A stretch of DNA of 64,000 nt from Patescibacteria group bacterium (GCA_965660445.1 CBFIAK010000001.1:352001-416000); one strand, 5' to 3'; counted from the first letter of the stretch, positions 38,037-48,939 are shown. Translations and numbers: made by a program. The notes: generated from the sequence alone by a model not told the origin.

Positions 38037-39413
38037 ATGTTTTCTTTTCTTCGTCGGTTCCATCTTCATCCTCATTTTTTAGATATCGATCACGCGCTTG
38101 TTCGATTACTCAAAACCAAACTATGGCTTCAAATTCTTATAGGGCTTTTTTGTGGGGTTGGTGTGGGTGTATGGTTGCATAGTGTATATGCGGACTCTCA
38201 AGCTGATACATTACATTTGTGGACACAATGGCTTTCATTTCCTGGGCAAATATTTCTGACGATGATTCAAATGATCATTGTTCCTTTGATAATTGCTTCT
38301 GTTATTCTCGGTGTTGGCGCAAGTGAAAATCTTCAACAGTTGCGACGTATGGGAGGACGAATTGTGTTTTATTTTTTAATGACAACATCGATTGCTATTG
38401 TGATTGGCGTCGGAACGGCATCGGTTATTCGTCCGGGAAGTTATATAGACCAATCGTTTGTTCGTATGCATGTTTCAGAGGTCGATTTTGCTACAGCAGA
38501 TACCTCGGCACAAGGGGTTAGCTGGGCCTCTATACCCACAGCTATTGTGAATATATTACCGCAAAATCCAACAGAATCGATTGTAAAAAAAGATATGCTT
38601 CAGATTGTTTTGTTTTCTCTTATTTTTGGAGTAGCACTGGTTTCAATTTCAAGTACCCAATCAAAACCGTTGTATGCTTTTTTTGAAGGAGTACAAGCGG
38701 TTACTCTAAAAATTGTTCATTGGGTTATGATGATAGCTCCTTTGGCAGTTTTTGGGCTTATGGCACAAATTATCGCACAAACAGGAGTTCAAGCATTCGC
38801 TGGTATTGGGCTCTATATGGCGACCGTTATCATCGGTCTTCTTTTGCTTTTAATCGTCTATATGCTTTTGGTATTTTTTGTAGGAAAACGAAATCCATTG
38901 ACGGTACTTGGTCATATTCGAGAAGCACAATTACTGGCTTTTTCTACCTCAAGTTCGGCAGCTGTTATGCCTGTATCACTCAAAATAGCGATTGAGAAAC
39001 TCAAAATAAAACCATCAATTGCTGAGTTTTTAATTCCGTTAGGAGCGACCATTAACATGGATGGAACAGCACTCTATCAAGGAGTGGCAGCTGTTTTTTT
39101 GTCACAAGTGTTTCAGATGGATTTATCCCTTTTGGAAATGGGAATTATTCTTATCACCTCCATTGGCGCCTCTATTGGAACACCCGCGACCCCTGGAGTC
39201 GGTATTGTTATTCTTTCGACGGTTCTCTCGAGTGTTGGAATCCCTCCATCAGGAATAGCTCTTATTATTGGTGTTGATCGAATCCTCGATATGTGTCGAA
39301 CAACAATTAATACAACAGGTGATTTGGTTGCGTGTATTGTTATTGATAAAATTATGCAACAGAGAACGAAAGCTCAACGAGTATGGAGTAAATTGACATC
39401 ATCTTTATCGTGA
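38037..39413 (+). CDS. Dicarboxylate/amino acid:cation symporter (DAACS)
   Basis: AFSTSSSAA, GATINMDGTALY, VDRILDMCRT. Confidence 0.95.
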   Translation: MFSFLRRFHLHPHFLDIDHALVRLLKTKLWLQILIGLFCGVGVGVWLHSVYADSQADTLHLWTQWLSFPGQIFLTMIQMIIVPLIIASVILGVGASENLQQLRRMGGRIVFYFLMTTSIAIVIGVGTASVIRPGSYIDQSFVRMHVSEVDFATADTSAQGVSWASIPTAIVNILPQNPTESIVKKDMLQIVLFSLIFGVALVSISSTQSKPLYAFFEGVQAVTLKIVHWVMMIAPLAVFGLMAQIIAQTGVQAFAGIGLYMATVIIGLLLLLIVYMLLVFFVGKRNPLTVLGHIREAQLLAFSTSSSAAVMPVSLKIAIEKLKIKPSIAEFLIPLGATINMDGTALYQGVAAVFLSQVFQMDLSLLEMGIILITSIGASIGTPATPGVGIVILSTVLSSVGIPPSGIALIIGVDRILDMCRTTINTTGDLVACIVIDKIMQQRTKAQRVWSKLTSSLS

Positions 39414-41318
39414 GCACATATTCTGTATAGCATTACTTATATACGAAGCACTTATACCAGCGGAATGATATAACTCTTTTGGAGTTCCTGAAAGTTGATA
39501 GGATTGTACACCAAGAGATTCTGACTGAATAATGTTTTGAAGATTGTTCTTTTGTATGTATCGCAAAACACCAGCCCCAAGTCCGTTATATGGATTATGG
39601 TCTTCAACGGTTATGACTTTTTTTGTTTTCTGAATAGATCTGAGTAGCGTTTCGTCAAAATCTTTTGGAGAACTGGCGATAATAACTTCTATTGAATAAG
39701 AACTTTTTTCCAGTGCTTCAAGTACTTCTTGTACAATCGATCCACTACAAACAATCGTTATATCAGTGCCTTCTCGGTATATATCAGTTTTCCCGTATGT
39801 GAAAACATAGTCAGTATCATAAAAAGGAGTACCGTCTTTTTTCGTGAGAATAGGGAGCGGATGTCTCCCCATACGAACATAAAAGTTTCCGTAATGAGAT
39901 GCCACATATCGAATAATACGATCGCAATGGTTTGCATCAGCTGGTTCACAAATATAGGTATGGAAAAACCCCATAAATGATCCCATATCATCAATCGCTT
40001 GATGAGTTGGACCATCAGTTCCAACAGAAAGTCCACAATGGGTAGATACCATTTTTACGTTTGTTTGGTTTATATCGTTTACTCGTGCTTGGTCTTTTGC
40101 TCTGCTCGTCATAAACGCACCAAACGTAGAACAAAATGGAATAATACCTGAAAAAGAGAGACCGCCTGAGCAAGAAACCATGTTTTGCTCAGCAATACCG
40201 TATTCAATATGCTGTTGTGGAAGATCTTTTTCGATAACATTTGTCTTTACTGATCCTCCTAGGTCGGCTGTTTCTGCAAGAAGGTTTTTGTTTTTTTGAG
40301 CGAGATCAAGTAACGCGTTTCCATACGCTTTTCGACATGCAACTGGTTTTTCCGGTGTGTAAAGTCGAGGATCAGAATGTTCGATATCATATGGAGCAAG
40401 TCCTTTTGGTGACTCGAAAGCAACTGGATGAAACGATCGAGATTGTCTGAATGATTCCAAAACTTCTTGTTCTTCTAATGATATTTGAAACTGAGGAAGT
40501 GTTTGGTGTATCTGTTCGGAAGAAGGTGCTTTTCCATGCCATGTTGATTCAAGTTTTCGTCCATCGTTTTCCATAAATGGAACACCATGTCCCATGATAG
40601 TGTGTCCAATAATCAATGTTGGGGCAGATGTTGTGTGTGATTCTTGAATGGCTTGCCATATTTTTTCTGGGTCGTGACCATCAATACGCACTACGTGCCA
40701 TTGACCAGCTTCAAACATTTCTTGGATATGAATAGGAAGAATGTCTTCCAGAGACGATGAGAGTTGCACTCGATTATAGTCAACGAATACCGTCAGGTTA
40801 TTAAGTTTGTATTTTGCTGCAAAAAGCATCATTTCATGAACTTGACCTTCTTGGCATTCGCCATCACCGATAAGCGCAAACACTTGGTCTTGTTTACCAG
40901 TTTTTTTATACCCAAGCGCTATACCTGCAGCTGCAGAAACGCCAACTCCGAGTGGTCCGGTTCCGTACCATATTCCTGGTACATGACGGGTAACATGTCC
41001 TTCAAATATCGATCCAAATTGTCTGTATTGGCGAATAAGATTGTGATGTTCGAACGCACCGCATTCGGCAAGTACACTGTAGACCCCTGGAGATATATGC
41101 CCGTTAGAGATTACAACCGGTTCGTTTGTGTGTGAAATACGAAATGCATACAGCACACTTAAAAAATCGAGTGAAGAAAGTGATCCTCCGGGGTGTCCGG
41201 CTTGTGATGTTTCAAGCATTCTGAGAATCGTTGAAATACATGATTTTTTAAATATGTTCAGAAATTGAATACGGCTTGATCCGAGTTTGAAATTTGATTG
41301 TGGAAGAGAAAAATCCAT
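39405..41318 (-). CDS. tkt: Transketolase
   Basis: GHPGGSLS, SNGH, TGPLG, GDGECQEG TPP motif, GIAEQNM, DGPTHQ. Confidence 0.95.
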   Translation of the reverse strand: MDFSLPQSNFKLGSSRIQFLNIFKKSCISTILRMLETSQAGHPGGSLSSLDFLSVLYAFRISHTNEPVVISNGHISPGVYSVLAECGAFEHHNLIRQYRQFGSIFEGHVTRHVPGIWYGTGPLGVGVSAAAGIALGYKKTGKQDQVFALIGDGECQEGQVHEMMLFAAKYKLNNLTVFVDYNRVQLSSSLEDILPIHIQEMFEAGQWHVVRIDGHDPEKIWQAIQESHTTSAPTLIIGHTIMGHGVPFMENDGRKLESTWHGKAPSSEQIHQTLPQFQISLEEQEVLESFRQSRSFHPVAFESPKGLAPYDIEHSDPRLYTPEKPVACRKAYGNALLDLAQKNKNLLAETADLGGSVKTNVIEKDLPQQHIEYGIAEQNMVSCSGGLSFSGIIPFCSTFGAFMTSRAKDQARVNDINQTNVKMVSTHCGLSVGTDGPTHQAIDDMGSFMGFFHTYICEPADANHCDRIIRYVASHYGNFYVRMGRHPLPILTKKDGTPFYDTDYVFTYGKTDIYREGTDITIVCSGSIVQEVLEALEKSSYSIEVIIASSPKDFDETLLRSIQKTKKVITVEDHNPYNGLGAGVLRYIQKNNLQNIIQSESLGVQSYQLSGTPKELYHSAGISASYISNAIQNMCSR

Positions 41319-41418
41319 AAAAGATAAATATACAAAAATGTACTTGTATTGTATTCTGAATACAGAGAAAAGAAAAATTCGTTTTTCTTTTTACAAATCT
41401 ATATACTCCACATTGTTT

Positions 41419-42696
41419 ATGAAATACGTTTTTTATTCTCTCGTTTTTAGTTTCGTGACATTCTCGTCACTTGTTTTTGCGCAGAGCACATCTTTTGCGC
41501 CTCTTGTTATTCAAGATACTGGCAAAATTGAAAACTGTGGTATGAATAGGGAAGGAAAGATGGGCGTTCAGGATTTGCAATGTGACGTAGCGGAACTGAA
41601 GAAATGTGATGATGAACCAGGGTATACAAAACAAGCGTGTCGTATGCAGGTATGTGAAGACGCTGCAAAAAAGTTAGTGCAAGAAGCGTTTGAATTACCT
41701 CGGAATATATTATCAGAAGGTTTTTCACAAAACTTTAATACTGCTCGAGAATACAAAGACGCTTCTGATACAGGCAGTGTTTCGTATACAGGTATCGAAA
41801 AACGTATACAAGACAAAAAAAATAATATTCCTTCAGGGGCAGATATATATATGCAAACGGCTTGGAGTAACATTTCTGCAGAAGAATTTTATATACTTAC
41901 ACCAATCAATGAAACACGAACAACGTTTGATACCAGTACGAGACAATATAACTTAATAATGACCGATGTGCTTGATAATACAAAACAGATTATCAAACCG
42001 GTAGACATGAAGTTTTCAAACGGGACAAAAAACATGTTTTTAAGTAATGATGTCAGTAAACCTCTAGAAGAGCGTGCTATTGTTGCTAATGCCAGACGTG
42101 TACGAGAAAAACTGAATGAAAATATAAAAATTGCAGCTGAGTTTGCCAAAACGGCTTCTGACTCTGCCGCAACATATGATTTGGGGAGTGCGGAATATGA
42201 AAAATATAGGCAAGAATCAGCTGAATGGAAAGTTCGAGAAGAAGGCTGGCATATTGCAACCGCAGCACTTGACGCAGCTATCAATACTATTAATCAGCTT
42301 ATTGCAGAGAAAGAAGGAGCGTGTTTGCGTGCGGTTCAAGAAGAGTTAGGGCATTTAACACTCAAAGCTCTCGGAGAACGAACTCGATCGTTTAATATTG
42401 CTCAAAAATTAAGTGTGGGGCAAGAAGGAAAACTCACACTCCTTGATACGGATCCCATAACAGGGGAGCGGAGTGTGTTTGATAAAGTTATTCGATTTAT
42501 GGCTCAAATAACAGGAACACTAGCGGTCCTTTTAATTATTGTAGGTGCATTTTTGATGATTGTCGCTCGTGGAAGTGATGCATTACTGACGAAAGGAAAA
42601 AATATAGTTCTGTATACACTTGGGGGAGTGGTTTTAGTGTTTGTGAGTTATATTTTGGTGCAGTTTGTAATTTCATTCCTCTTTAGTATTGGATAA
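41419..42696 (+). CDS. Secreted protein with C-terminal TrbC/VirB2-like pilin domain
   Basis: Signal peptide; C-terminal LAVLLIIVGAFLMIVARG....KGKNIVLYTLGG; start moved to MKYVF. Confidence 0.75.
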   Translation: MKYVFYSLVFSFVTFSSLVFAQSTSFAPLVIQDTGKIENCGMNREGKMGVQDLQCDVAELKKCDDEPGYTKQACRMQVCEDAAKKLVQEAFELPRNILSEGFSQNFNTAREYKDASDTGSVSYTGIEKRIQDKKNNIPSGADIYMQTAWSNISAEEFYILTPINETRTTFDTSTRQYNLIMTDVLDNTKQIIKPVDMKFSNGTKNMFLSNDVSKPLEERAIVANARRVREKLNENIKIAAEFAKTASDSAATYDLGSAEYEKYRQESAEWKVREEGWHIATAALDAAINTINQLIAEKEGACLRAVQEELGHLTLKALGERTRSFNIAQKLSVGQEGKLTLLDTDPITGERSVFDKVIRFMAQITGTLAVLLIIVGAFLMIVARGSDALLTKGKNIVLYTLGGVVLVFVSYILVQFVISFLFSIG

Positions 42697-42697
42697 T

Positions 42698-43888
42698 ATG
42701 AAACTTTTTTTTCGAAATATCGTTGTCATATCTCTTATGGTTTGGGCGTCATTCGTCTTTGCACAACAAGGAGGTGTGGTTAACGTCGTTCTTTCAACAA
42801 TTGATACCAACCCCGTAACAACCACCCCACTTAAAGTAAATATTAATTTTTCAGAACCCGTCAAAGGGTTTAATCCTGCTCTCAATAAACCCCATATTAT
42901 TATTTCACATCCTACTTATTCACAAGATAACCTTTCTCTCAAATGGAGTTGGGCGGTGCCCGATGTCAGTGGAGTTTTGGAAATCACGTTTAGTTCAGAT
43001 CCCAATATTCAGGATTCTCGTTTCGGAGAATACAAAATCGTCATACCTGCCGATATTACAAGTTCCGTATATCTCGATAAACCCAATGCACAATCAAATG
43101 AGCTCAAGATTGATTACCAACCCAATTGTGATAACGAGAATATGAGTGAATCAGAATTCTGTATCGAGTTTTCTGAAAGCATTGGGCAAAACAAAGTTAT
43201 TCGAAGTGATACCGGACTTGGGCTTTTTGGAGACTATGTAGTCATGATTTACCAATATGCCGCTTCTATTATTGGTGTTATATCGGTTCTCGTTCTTGTT
43301 GTTGGTGGGGTTATGATTATTATGGGAGGAGCAAGTACAGAAACGGTGAATACCGCCAAAGGAATTATAGGGAAAGCTTTAGTGAGCTTAGTTCTTTTGT
43401 TTCTCGTGGGGCTGATTTTAAAAACGATTAACCCTGCGTTTTATACGACTCACGAATGTGAAGACGGCATTGATAATGATGAAGACGGACTTTCCGATGA
43501 ACGAGACGAAGGATGTAAGGGATATGTTCCTGGGAGTGCTGATTTTACGTATTATGAAGCAAAGGCGGACGGGTTTGAATGTAGTAATAATAAAGATGAT
43601 GATGGTGATGGGCTTGTTGATGCTGATGATCCGGGGTGTTATTACCCAGCGACAAGTTTTAATCCGCGACAAGGTTCAGAATCTCGGTGTACACAAGAAC
43701 AACAATTATTCCAAGCTGCAGAACAAGATAAAGCCGCTGCACAAGATGCATTAGATGTTTGTATTGCCTCTACTGTTGCGGGGTATGCAAGAGGGAAATG
43801 TCCATTTGAAGAAGCTCGTGTTGCTCAAACAAATCAATTCTTCATAGGTGCAAAAGGTGAGTTAGAAGATTGTCAGGATCAGTCGTAG
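42698..43888 (+). CDS. Pilin-like protein with Ig-like N-domain and Cys/Asp Ca-binding repeats
   Basis: INFSEPV Ig-like; IIGVISVLVLVVGG..AKGIIGKAL pilin core; CEDGIDNDEDGLSD and CSNNKDDDGDGLVDADDPGC. Confidence 0.75.
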   Translation: MKLFFRNIVVISLMVWASFVFAQQGGVVNVVLSTIDTNPVTTTPLKVNINFSEPVKGFNPALNKPHIIISHPTYSQDNLSLKWSWAVPDVSGVLEITFSSDPNIQDSRFGEYKIVIPADITSSVYLDKPNAQSNELKIDYQPNCDNENMSESEFCIEFSESIGQNKVIRSDTGLGLFGDYVVMIYQYAASIIGVISVLVLVVGGVMIIMGGASTETVNTAKGIIGKALVSLVLLFLVGLILKTINPAFYTTHECEDGIDNDEDGLSDERDEGCKGYVPGSADFTYYEAKADGFECSNNKDDDGDGLVDADDPGCYYPATSFNPRQGSESRCTQEQQLFQAAEQDKAAAQDALDVCIASTVAGYARGKCPFEEARVAQTNQFFIGAKGELEDCQDQS

Positions 43889-43932
43889 CTTTCAGTTGCA
43901 TTTCTTTCTCAAAACCCGTATGAACAAAAGGT

Positions 43933-44853
43933 ATGAGTCTTGTTGAAACAGTTCGTTCGTTTCTTGTATCTGAATCATTAGAGCAGAAGCCTTTGTGTGT
44001 AGCGGTATCGGGAGGAATTGATTCTTCTGTGTTATTTGATGTGTTGTTGCAGTGCGTCGATGTACGTTTGATTTCGGTGTTTCATGTGCATCATGGAGTG
44101 AGAGCACAATCAGATATAGAATACGAGTTTCTCAAAACTCAGTGTGAAAAAAAAGGAGTTCCGTTTTATGGGTATATGGTAAAAAATGTGCCCAATGCTA
44201 ATAAAGAATCGTTTTGGCGTGACCAAAGGCGTTTGTATGCTCAAGAGGTATTGCAACACACTGGTGCCGATAGAGTTTTAACAGCTCATCATGCAACAGA
44301 TTTAGTAGAAACTATGCTTTTTCGTATGACAAAAGGGTGTGGTGTTGATGGGTTAAGTCCGTTTGATATATCAACTAAACCTTTGTGGAGTGTTCCAAAA
44401 TCAGAGATTAAAGAATATGCTCAACGGCATAATGTTTTATATCAAGAAGATGAATCAAATCAAGATACGCAGTATGCGAGAAATAGGATTCGTCATAACG
44501 TTATACCTGAACTTCGTATTATTACTCCGAATATAGAAAAAGTTATGGTCCATGAATCGCTTCTTTTTCAAGAAGTGTCAGACTATATAAATATTCAGGT
44601 GCGTGATTTTTTAAAAAAGTATGCCAATGGCATACCTCTCAATATATTTACAAACCAACCAAAGCTTCTTCAGCGAGAAGTGTTTCGGCAAGAAGCATCT
44701 TCTTCTATGAGTTTTTCAGAAACAGAAGATGCTCTGCGTTGGATTAATGGGAATGTACGTGGGAATTCTAAAAAACAGATAGGCGGAAAATTATGGACCG
44801 TTAAAAAAGGAATTCTTTTCAAAGGAAAGGGGGACGAAAGCCCCCCCTCTTAA
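43933..44853 (+). CDS. tilS: tRNA(Ile)-lysidine synthetase
   Basis: AVSGGIDS, HVHHG, TAHHATD..ET, EDESN..YARNRIR. Confidence 0.95.
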   Translation: MSLVETVRSFLVSESLEQKPLCVAVSGGIDSSVLFDVLLQCVDVRLISVFHVHHGVRAQSDIEYEFLKTQCEKKGVPFYGYMVKNVPNANKESFWRDQRRLYAQEVLQHTGADRVLTAHHATDLVETMLFRMTKGCGVDGLSPFDISTKPLWSVPKSEIKEYAQRHNVLYQEDESNQDTQYARNRIRHNVIPELRIITPNIEKVMVHESLLFQEVSDYINIQVRDFLKKYANGIPLNIFTNQPKLLQREVFRQEASSSMSFSETEDALRWINGNVRGNSKKQIGGKLWTVKKGILFKGKGDESPPS

Positions 44854-44862
44854 ATACCTTTT

Positions 44863-45900
44863 TTAGAGACAAAAGTTTCGAACTGCTTGTACGGCACATG
44901 TATACTCATAACCATCAACAAGACGTTTTTCACATACTTGCGCGGTAATGACTCCGTCTTTGATGTAATAACTATTGCGTTGTGTAACATCTGAGATGTA
45001 ATCGAGCCCCGAGAATTTTTGGTTGTAGTCGTATTCTACACAGATAACTTCACTGTGAAAATCGGCATCAAGATCAGTTTCCCATATCTTTATGTTTTTG
45101 TATCCACCAAATAACGGTTTTCGTTTCGAAAGTTCACTCATCATGTATTCGTTTCCAGATGTACATTTTTTATCAGAAACGAGATTACAAGCGGTTTCAA
45201 AATCGTTTTTTGAAAACGAATCAAAATAAGACTCAACAATACCTACTCCTGATGAGATGTTTTCTTGAGTGTCTTGAGTTTCCTCTTCTTTTGGGGCGGT
45301 TCCAAAGAATTCTTCTTCATTTATTTCGTCTTCAAGTACGGTATTATCTTCATCAATCGGTTCTTGTGTTGTTGCGATTGGGGTTTGAGGGACTGTTTTT
45401 TCTTGTACTATTTGTTGATTTGATTGTTGTTGAATGGTGAGATAGATAATAATATCGGGAACAAGACTCAAAAGAAATACAAAAATAATCAGTGCATACT
45501 GAAGTTTGTCTGTCGACAAGCTCAGTTTCGAAGATGTTTTTTCTGCGTTTTTTGGAATACTTGCTGAAACTTTTTGAGACGTTTTTTCTTGTTTTCCGTC
45601 TTCTTTTTTCTCTTCAGTTTGTTGAGGCGCTTCGGTTTCTTTTGTAGATGGCGTTTCCTCTTCTTCAAGAGATAATGACGTTTCAGGTGTTTTGTTTTGA
45701 GTGGTTTCCGTCTGAGCCTCTATTGCTTTATTATCTTCAGTTTTTTCAAGAGTATCTTGTGTTTTTTCAACCGTTTTTTTGTGTTTCTTTTTTTGAAAAA
45801 GTGACTGAATAAACGAAATAGCCATAATCTTTGATTTGAGTTTTTCAAACGCTGACGGCTCTTTTTTAACACCTCGCTGAATTGGATCTGGTCTTTTCAT
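44863..45900 (-). CDS. Hypothetical bitopic membrane protein
   Basis: Acidic/low-complexity N-terminus, one TM, Cys-containing C-domain. Confidence 0.7.
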   Translation of the reverse strand: MKRPDPIQRGVKKEPSAFEKLKSKIMAISFIQSLFQKKKHKKTVEKTQDTLEKTEDNKAIEAQTETTQNKTPETSLSLEEEETPSTKETEAPQQTEEKKEDGKQEKTSQKVSASIPKNAEKTSSKLSLSTDKLQYALIIFVFLLSLVPDIIIYLTIQQQSNQQIVQEKTVPQTPIATTQEPIDEDNTVLEDEINEEEFFGTAPKEEETQDTQENISSGVGIVESYFDSFSKNDFETACNLVSDKKCTSGNEYMMSELSKRKPLFGGYKNIKIWETDLDADFHSEVICVEYDYNQKFSGLDYISDVTQRNSYYIKDGVITAQVCEKRLVDGYEYTCAVQAVRNFCL

Positions 45901-46043
45901 GGGAACAAATAGATTAATAAATCTCATCATTGTATCATATTTCTTTTAAAAAAACAAGAGCAATCTATAGCGCTTCTGTCTTATCTTTGGAATACAAAAA
46001 AAATATATTTTTAAGAATACAAAAATAGGATATAATGGGAGGT

Positions 46044-47660
46044 ATGAAACATCAGAAATTTATTTTCGTCACTGGTGGTGTGTGTTCAAGCTTAGGAAAA
46101 GGGATTGTTGCCTCTTCTACCGCATCAATTCTTAAATCTGCTGGTGTGCAGGTGGGAATGATGAAACTCGATCCGTATTTAAATGTTGATCCGGGAACAA
46201 TGAGTCCGTTTCAGCACGGAGAAGTGTTTGTATTAGACGATGGAGGGGAAACAGATCTTGATTTAGGGCACTACGAACGGTTTACAGACATTCCATTGCA
46301 GAAATTCTGTTCTATTACAACTGGAAAAATTTATTCTGAAGTGCTCAAAGAAGAACGAGACGGGAAATATTTGGGCGGAACGATTCAAATTGTTCCTCAT
46401 ATAACGACGAAAATTATTTCTAAAATTGAGAAAGCAGCGCAAAAACTAAAAACAGATGTACTGGTGCTCGAAATTGGAGGAACGGTTGGGGATATTGAGG
46501 GCGAACCGTTTATAGAGGTCGTCCGTCAGATGCAACGAAAATATGGGAAGAATGTATTAACCATGCATTTGACGTTATTACCCTTTTTAGCAGCATCAAA
46601 TGAACTGAAAACAAAACCAACACAACTTTCCGTAAGGGAATTGCGTCGTTTAGGAGTTTCTCCAGATATTATCTTTACCCGTGCTGATGTAAGAATCCCA
46701 AAAGAGTTATTAAAAAAAGTATCTTATTTCTGTGATGTTGATGAAAAAGCAGTTATTCCTGCTCAAACAGTCAGTTCTATTTACGAAGTACCTTTACGGT
46801 TTCAGAAACACGGTTTAGGATCCATTATTGCTGAGAAATTAGATTTGGGAAATCTTGAGTTTGATATGTCAATGTGGGAAGAAGGTATCACGCATATAAA
46901 AAATGCAAAAGAAGAAATTTCTATTGGGCTTGCTGGTAAATACAATGATTTAGATGATGCGTATATATCAGTTATTGAAGCATTGAAGGCTGCCGGATTT
47001 TTTTATACGAAAAAGGTGTCTATTGTGTGGATTGATACAGAGAAAATAGAGAATAATGACCCAGATGAGTTTCAAAAACTTCAAGATGTGAGTGGAATTG
47101 TTGTTCCTGGTGGGTTTGGAAACCGTGGAATAGAAGGAAAAATAAAAGTTGCACAGTTTTGCAGAGAACACAAAAAACCATATTTAGGGTTATGTTTGGG
47201 GTCTCAAATTATGGCTATTGAGTTCGCTCGAAATGTATTAGGCATTACTGATGCAACAAGTGAAGAATTTGATGAAGAAGGAAAGTCTCAACATCATATT
47301 ATTCATTTTATTCCAGAACAACGAGATGTTCAGCAAAAAGGAGCGAGTATGCGGTTAGGAGCATATCCATGTCTTATTCAAAAAGGAACAAAAGCATATG
47401 ACATATATCAATCAGAAAAAATATCAGAACGACATCGTCATCGGTTTGAGTTTAATAATCAATACCGAACACAGTTTGAATCACATGGGTTTTGTATATC
47501 AGGGGAATCACCTGATAAAAAACTTGTAGAAATCGTTGAAATTTCAGATCATCCTTTTATGGTTGCGTGTCAGTTCCATCCTGAATTTACAAGTAGACCG
47601 TTTCGTCCACATCCTTTGTTTCGATCTTTTATGGACTCTGTATTAAAGAAGAAGTCTTGA
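46044..47660 (+). CDS. pyrG: CTP synthase
   Basis: FVTGGVCSSLGKG, DPYLNVDPGTMSPFQHGE, LGLCLG, QFHPEF. Confidence 0.98.
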   Translation: MKHQKFIFVTGGVCSSLGKGIVASSTASILKSAGVQVGMMKLDPYLNVDPGTMSPFQHGEVFVLDDGGETDLDLGHYERFTDIPLQKFCSITTGKIYSEVLKEERDGKYLGGTIQIVPHITTKIISKIEKAAQKLKTDVLVLEIGGTVGDIEGEPFIEVVRQMQRKYGKNVLTMHLTLLPFLAASNELKTKPTQLSVRELRRLGVSPDIIFTRADVRIPKELLKKVSYFCDVDEKAVIPAQTVSSIYEVPLRFQKHGLGSIIAEKLDLGNLEFDMSMWEEGITHIKNAKEEISIGLAGKYNDLDDAYISVIEALKAAGFFYTKKVSIVWIDTEKIENNDPDEFQKLQDVSGIVVPGGFGNRGIEGKIKVAQFCREHKKPYLGLCLGSQIMAIEFARNVLGITDATSEEFDEEGKSQHHIIHFIPEQRDVQQKGASMRLGAYPCLIQKGTKAYDIYQSEKISERHRHRFEFNNQYRTQFESHGFCISGESPDKKLVEIVEISDHPFMVACQFHPEFTSRPFRPHPLFRSFMDSVLKKKS

Positions 47661-47691
47661 AAAGTATTGATTTATATGGTATAATTGTACG

Positions 47692-48894
47692 ATGATTATT
47701 CCTCAAACACCCACTCCTGCGATTCAAAAGTTTTATTTTGAGTCTATGAGTGAATCTGGTAAACAAGTAACCGGATATATTTTTGCTGAGAATCAAACAA
47801 TTGCTCGTGAAAAGCTCAATGATAATGGGATGGTTGTTATGACTTTGCAGTTATATAAAGAAAAACCTCTTCCTGATGGTGTAAAGAAGTATGAGTTTGA
47901 GGCAATGGATAAAAATGGAAAAATGTTTCATGGGGAAATTGAGAGTGAAGACGATTATCAAGCTTATAAGAAACTTGTTTCTGATTATAAATTTACTGTT
48001 AATTTTATTGTGAATACTTCTTGGGATGATGCAAAAAAAGAAGAATGGAAAAAGAAAGGTGTTAATCCTTCATGGGCTATTCAGGTTCAAGAAGAGAAAT
48101 CAAAAGAAAAAGATACGCCTTCGTTTGCTTCTGTTGTGCAGCATGAAGATGATGATCAGAACAAAAAAATACAAACCATTCTTCAAGAAAAACAAGAACG
48201 AATGGAGTTTTTGCAGAAACAAATTGATGAAATAATAGCGAAAGTTCAATTATTGATTAAGAAACACGAACAAATATTACAACCTGAAAAAAGACGATAT
48301 ATTCAAGGAACGCTTGATAGAATGTCTCGTTTAAAACGTTCTAATTCGGTAGAACATTTAAAGAATATTATGTTAGAATTGTTTGAATTATTATCAAGTG
48401 ATGATATTTTTGTGAACTTGCAGGGGGAAATGCTTGAAGAAATGGACGCTATTAAAGGAGAATTTAAAACTTTTTCTCTTGGGTTTTCTAATAAAATTAA
48501 TAGAGGGCTTTCTTCTATTAAAATTGATACAAAAGAAATACAAGAAACTTTTTCAAAACTGATGAATATGTCACATGTTTTCGATGAGGTGTTGAGTATA
48601 TTCCTTTGGCTGTGTATAGGAGGTGTTGGGGGGAGTTTTCTATTTCTTGTAGGACAATATATCAGATCTTTGGTTATTGGTGATTCTACGATTATTTTGT
48701 TTTATCTGAGTTCGTGGTTTATTTGGTTTTTCGTATGGGTGTCTTCTCTTTTAGGAACAGGACTCTGGGCTGAAAGAAAATATGGTCTTTCTCTACCGTT
48801 GTCTCAGAATCTATTAGCCGTTTTTGTAGGACTTATTCTTTTTATTGTGGCTCTTATTCAGTTTCCAGTCCTCTTTTTCTGGGTTCGGTTTTAA
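47692..48894 (+). CDS. Membrane protein with duplicated PilC-like N-terminal motif
   Basis: FYFESMSESGKQVTGYIFAEN and YEFEAMDKNGKMFHGEIESED; coiled coil; three C-terminal TM. Confidence 0.65.
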   Translation: MIIPQTPTPAIQKFYFESMSESGKQVTGYIFAENQTIAREKLNDNGMVVMTLQLYKEKPLPDGVKKYEFEAMDKNGKMFHGEIESEDDYQAYKKLVSDYKFTVNFIVNTSWDDAKKEEWKKKGVNPSWAIQVQEEKSKEKDTPSFASVVQHEDDDQNKKIQTILQEKQERMEFLQKQIDEIIAKVQLLIKKHEQILQPEKRRYIQGTLDRMSRLKRSNSVEHLKNIMLELFELLSSDDIFVNLQGEMLEEMDAIKGEFKTFSLGFSNKINRGLSSIKIDTKEIQETFSKLMNMSHVFDEVLSIFLWLCIGGVGGSFLFLVGQYIRSLVIGDSTIILFYLSSWFIWFFVWVSSLLGTGLWAERKYGLSLPLSQNLLAVFVGLILFIVALIQFPVLFFWVRF

Positions 48895-48905
48895 TCACAA
48901 ATAAT

Positions 48906-48939
48906 AAAAAAACACTGATGCATTGATCGGTGTTTTTTT
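48906..48939. terminator. Bidirectional terminator
   Basis: AAAAAAACACTGAT..ATCGGTGTTTTTTT between convergent genes. Confidence 0.75.
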
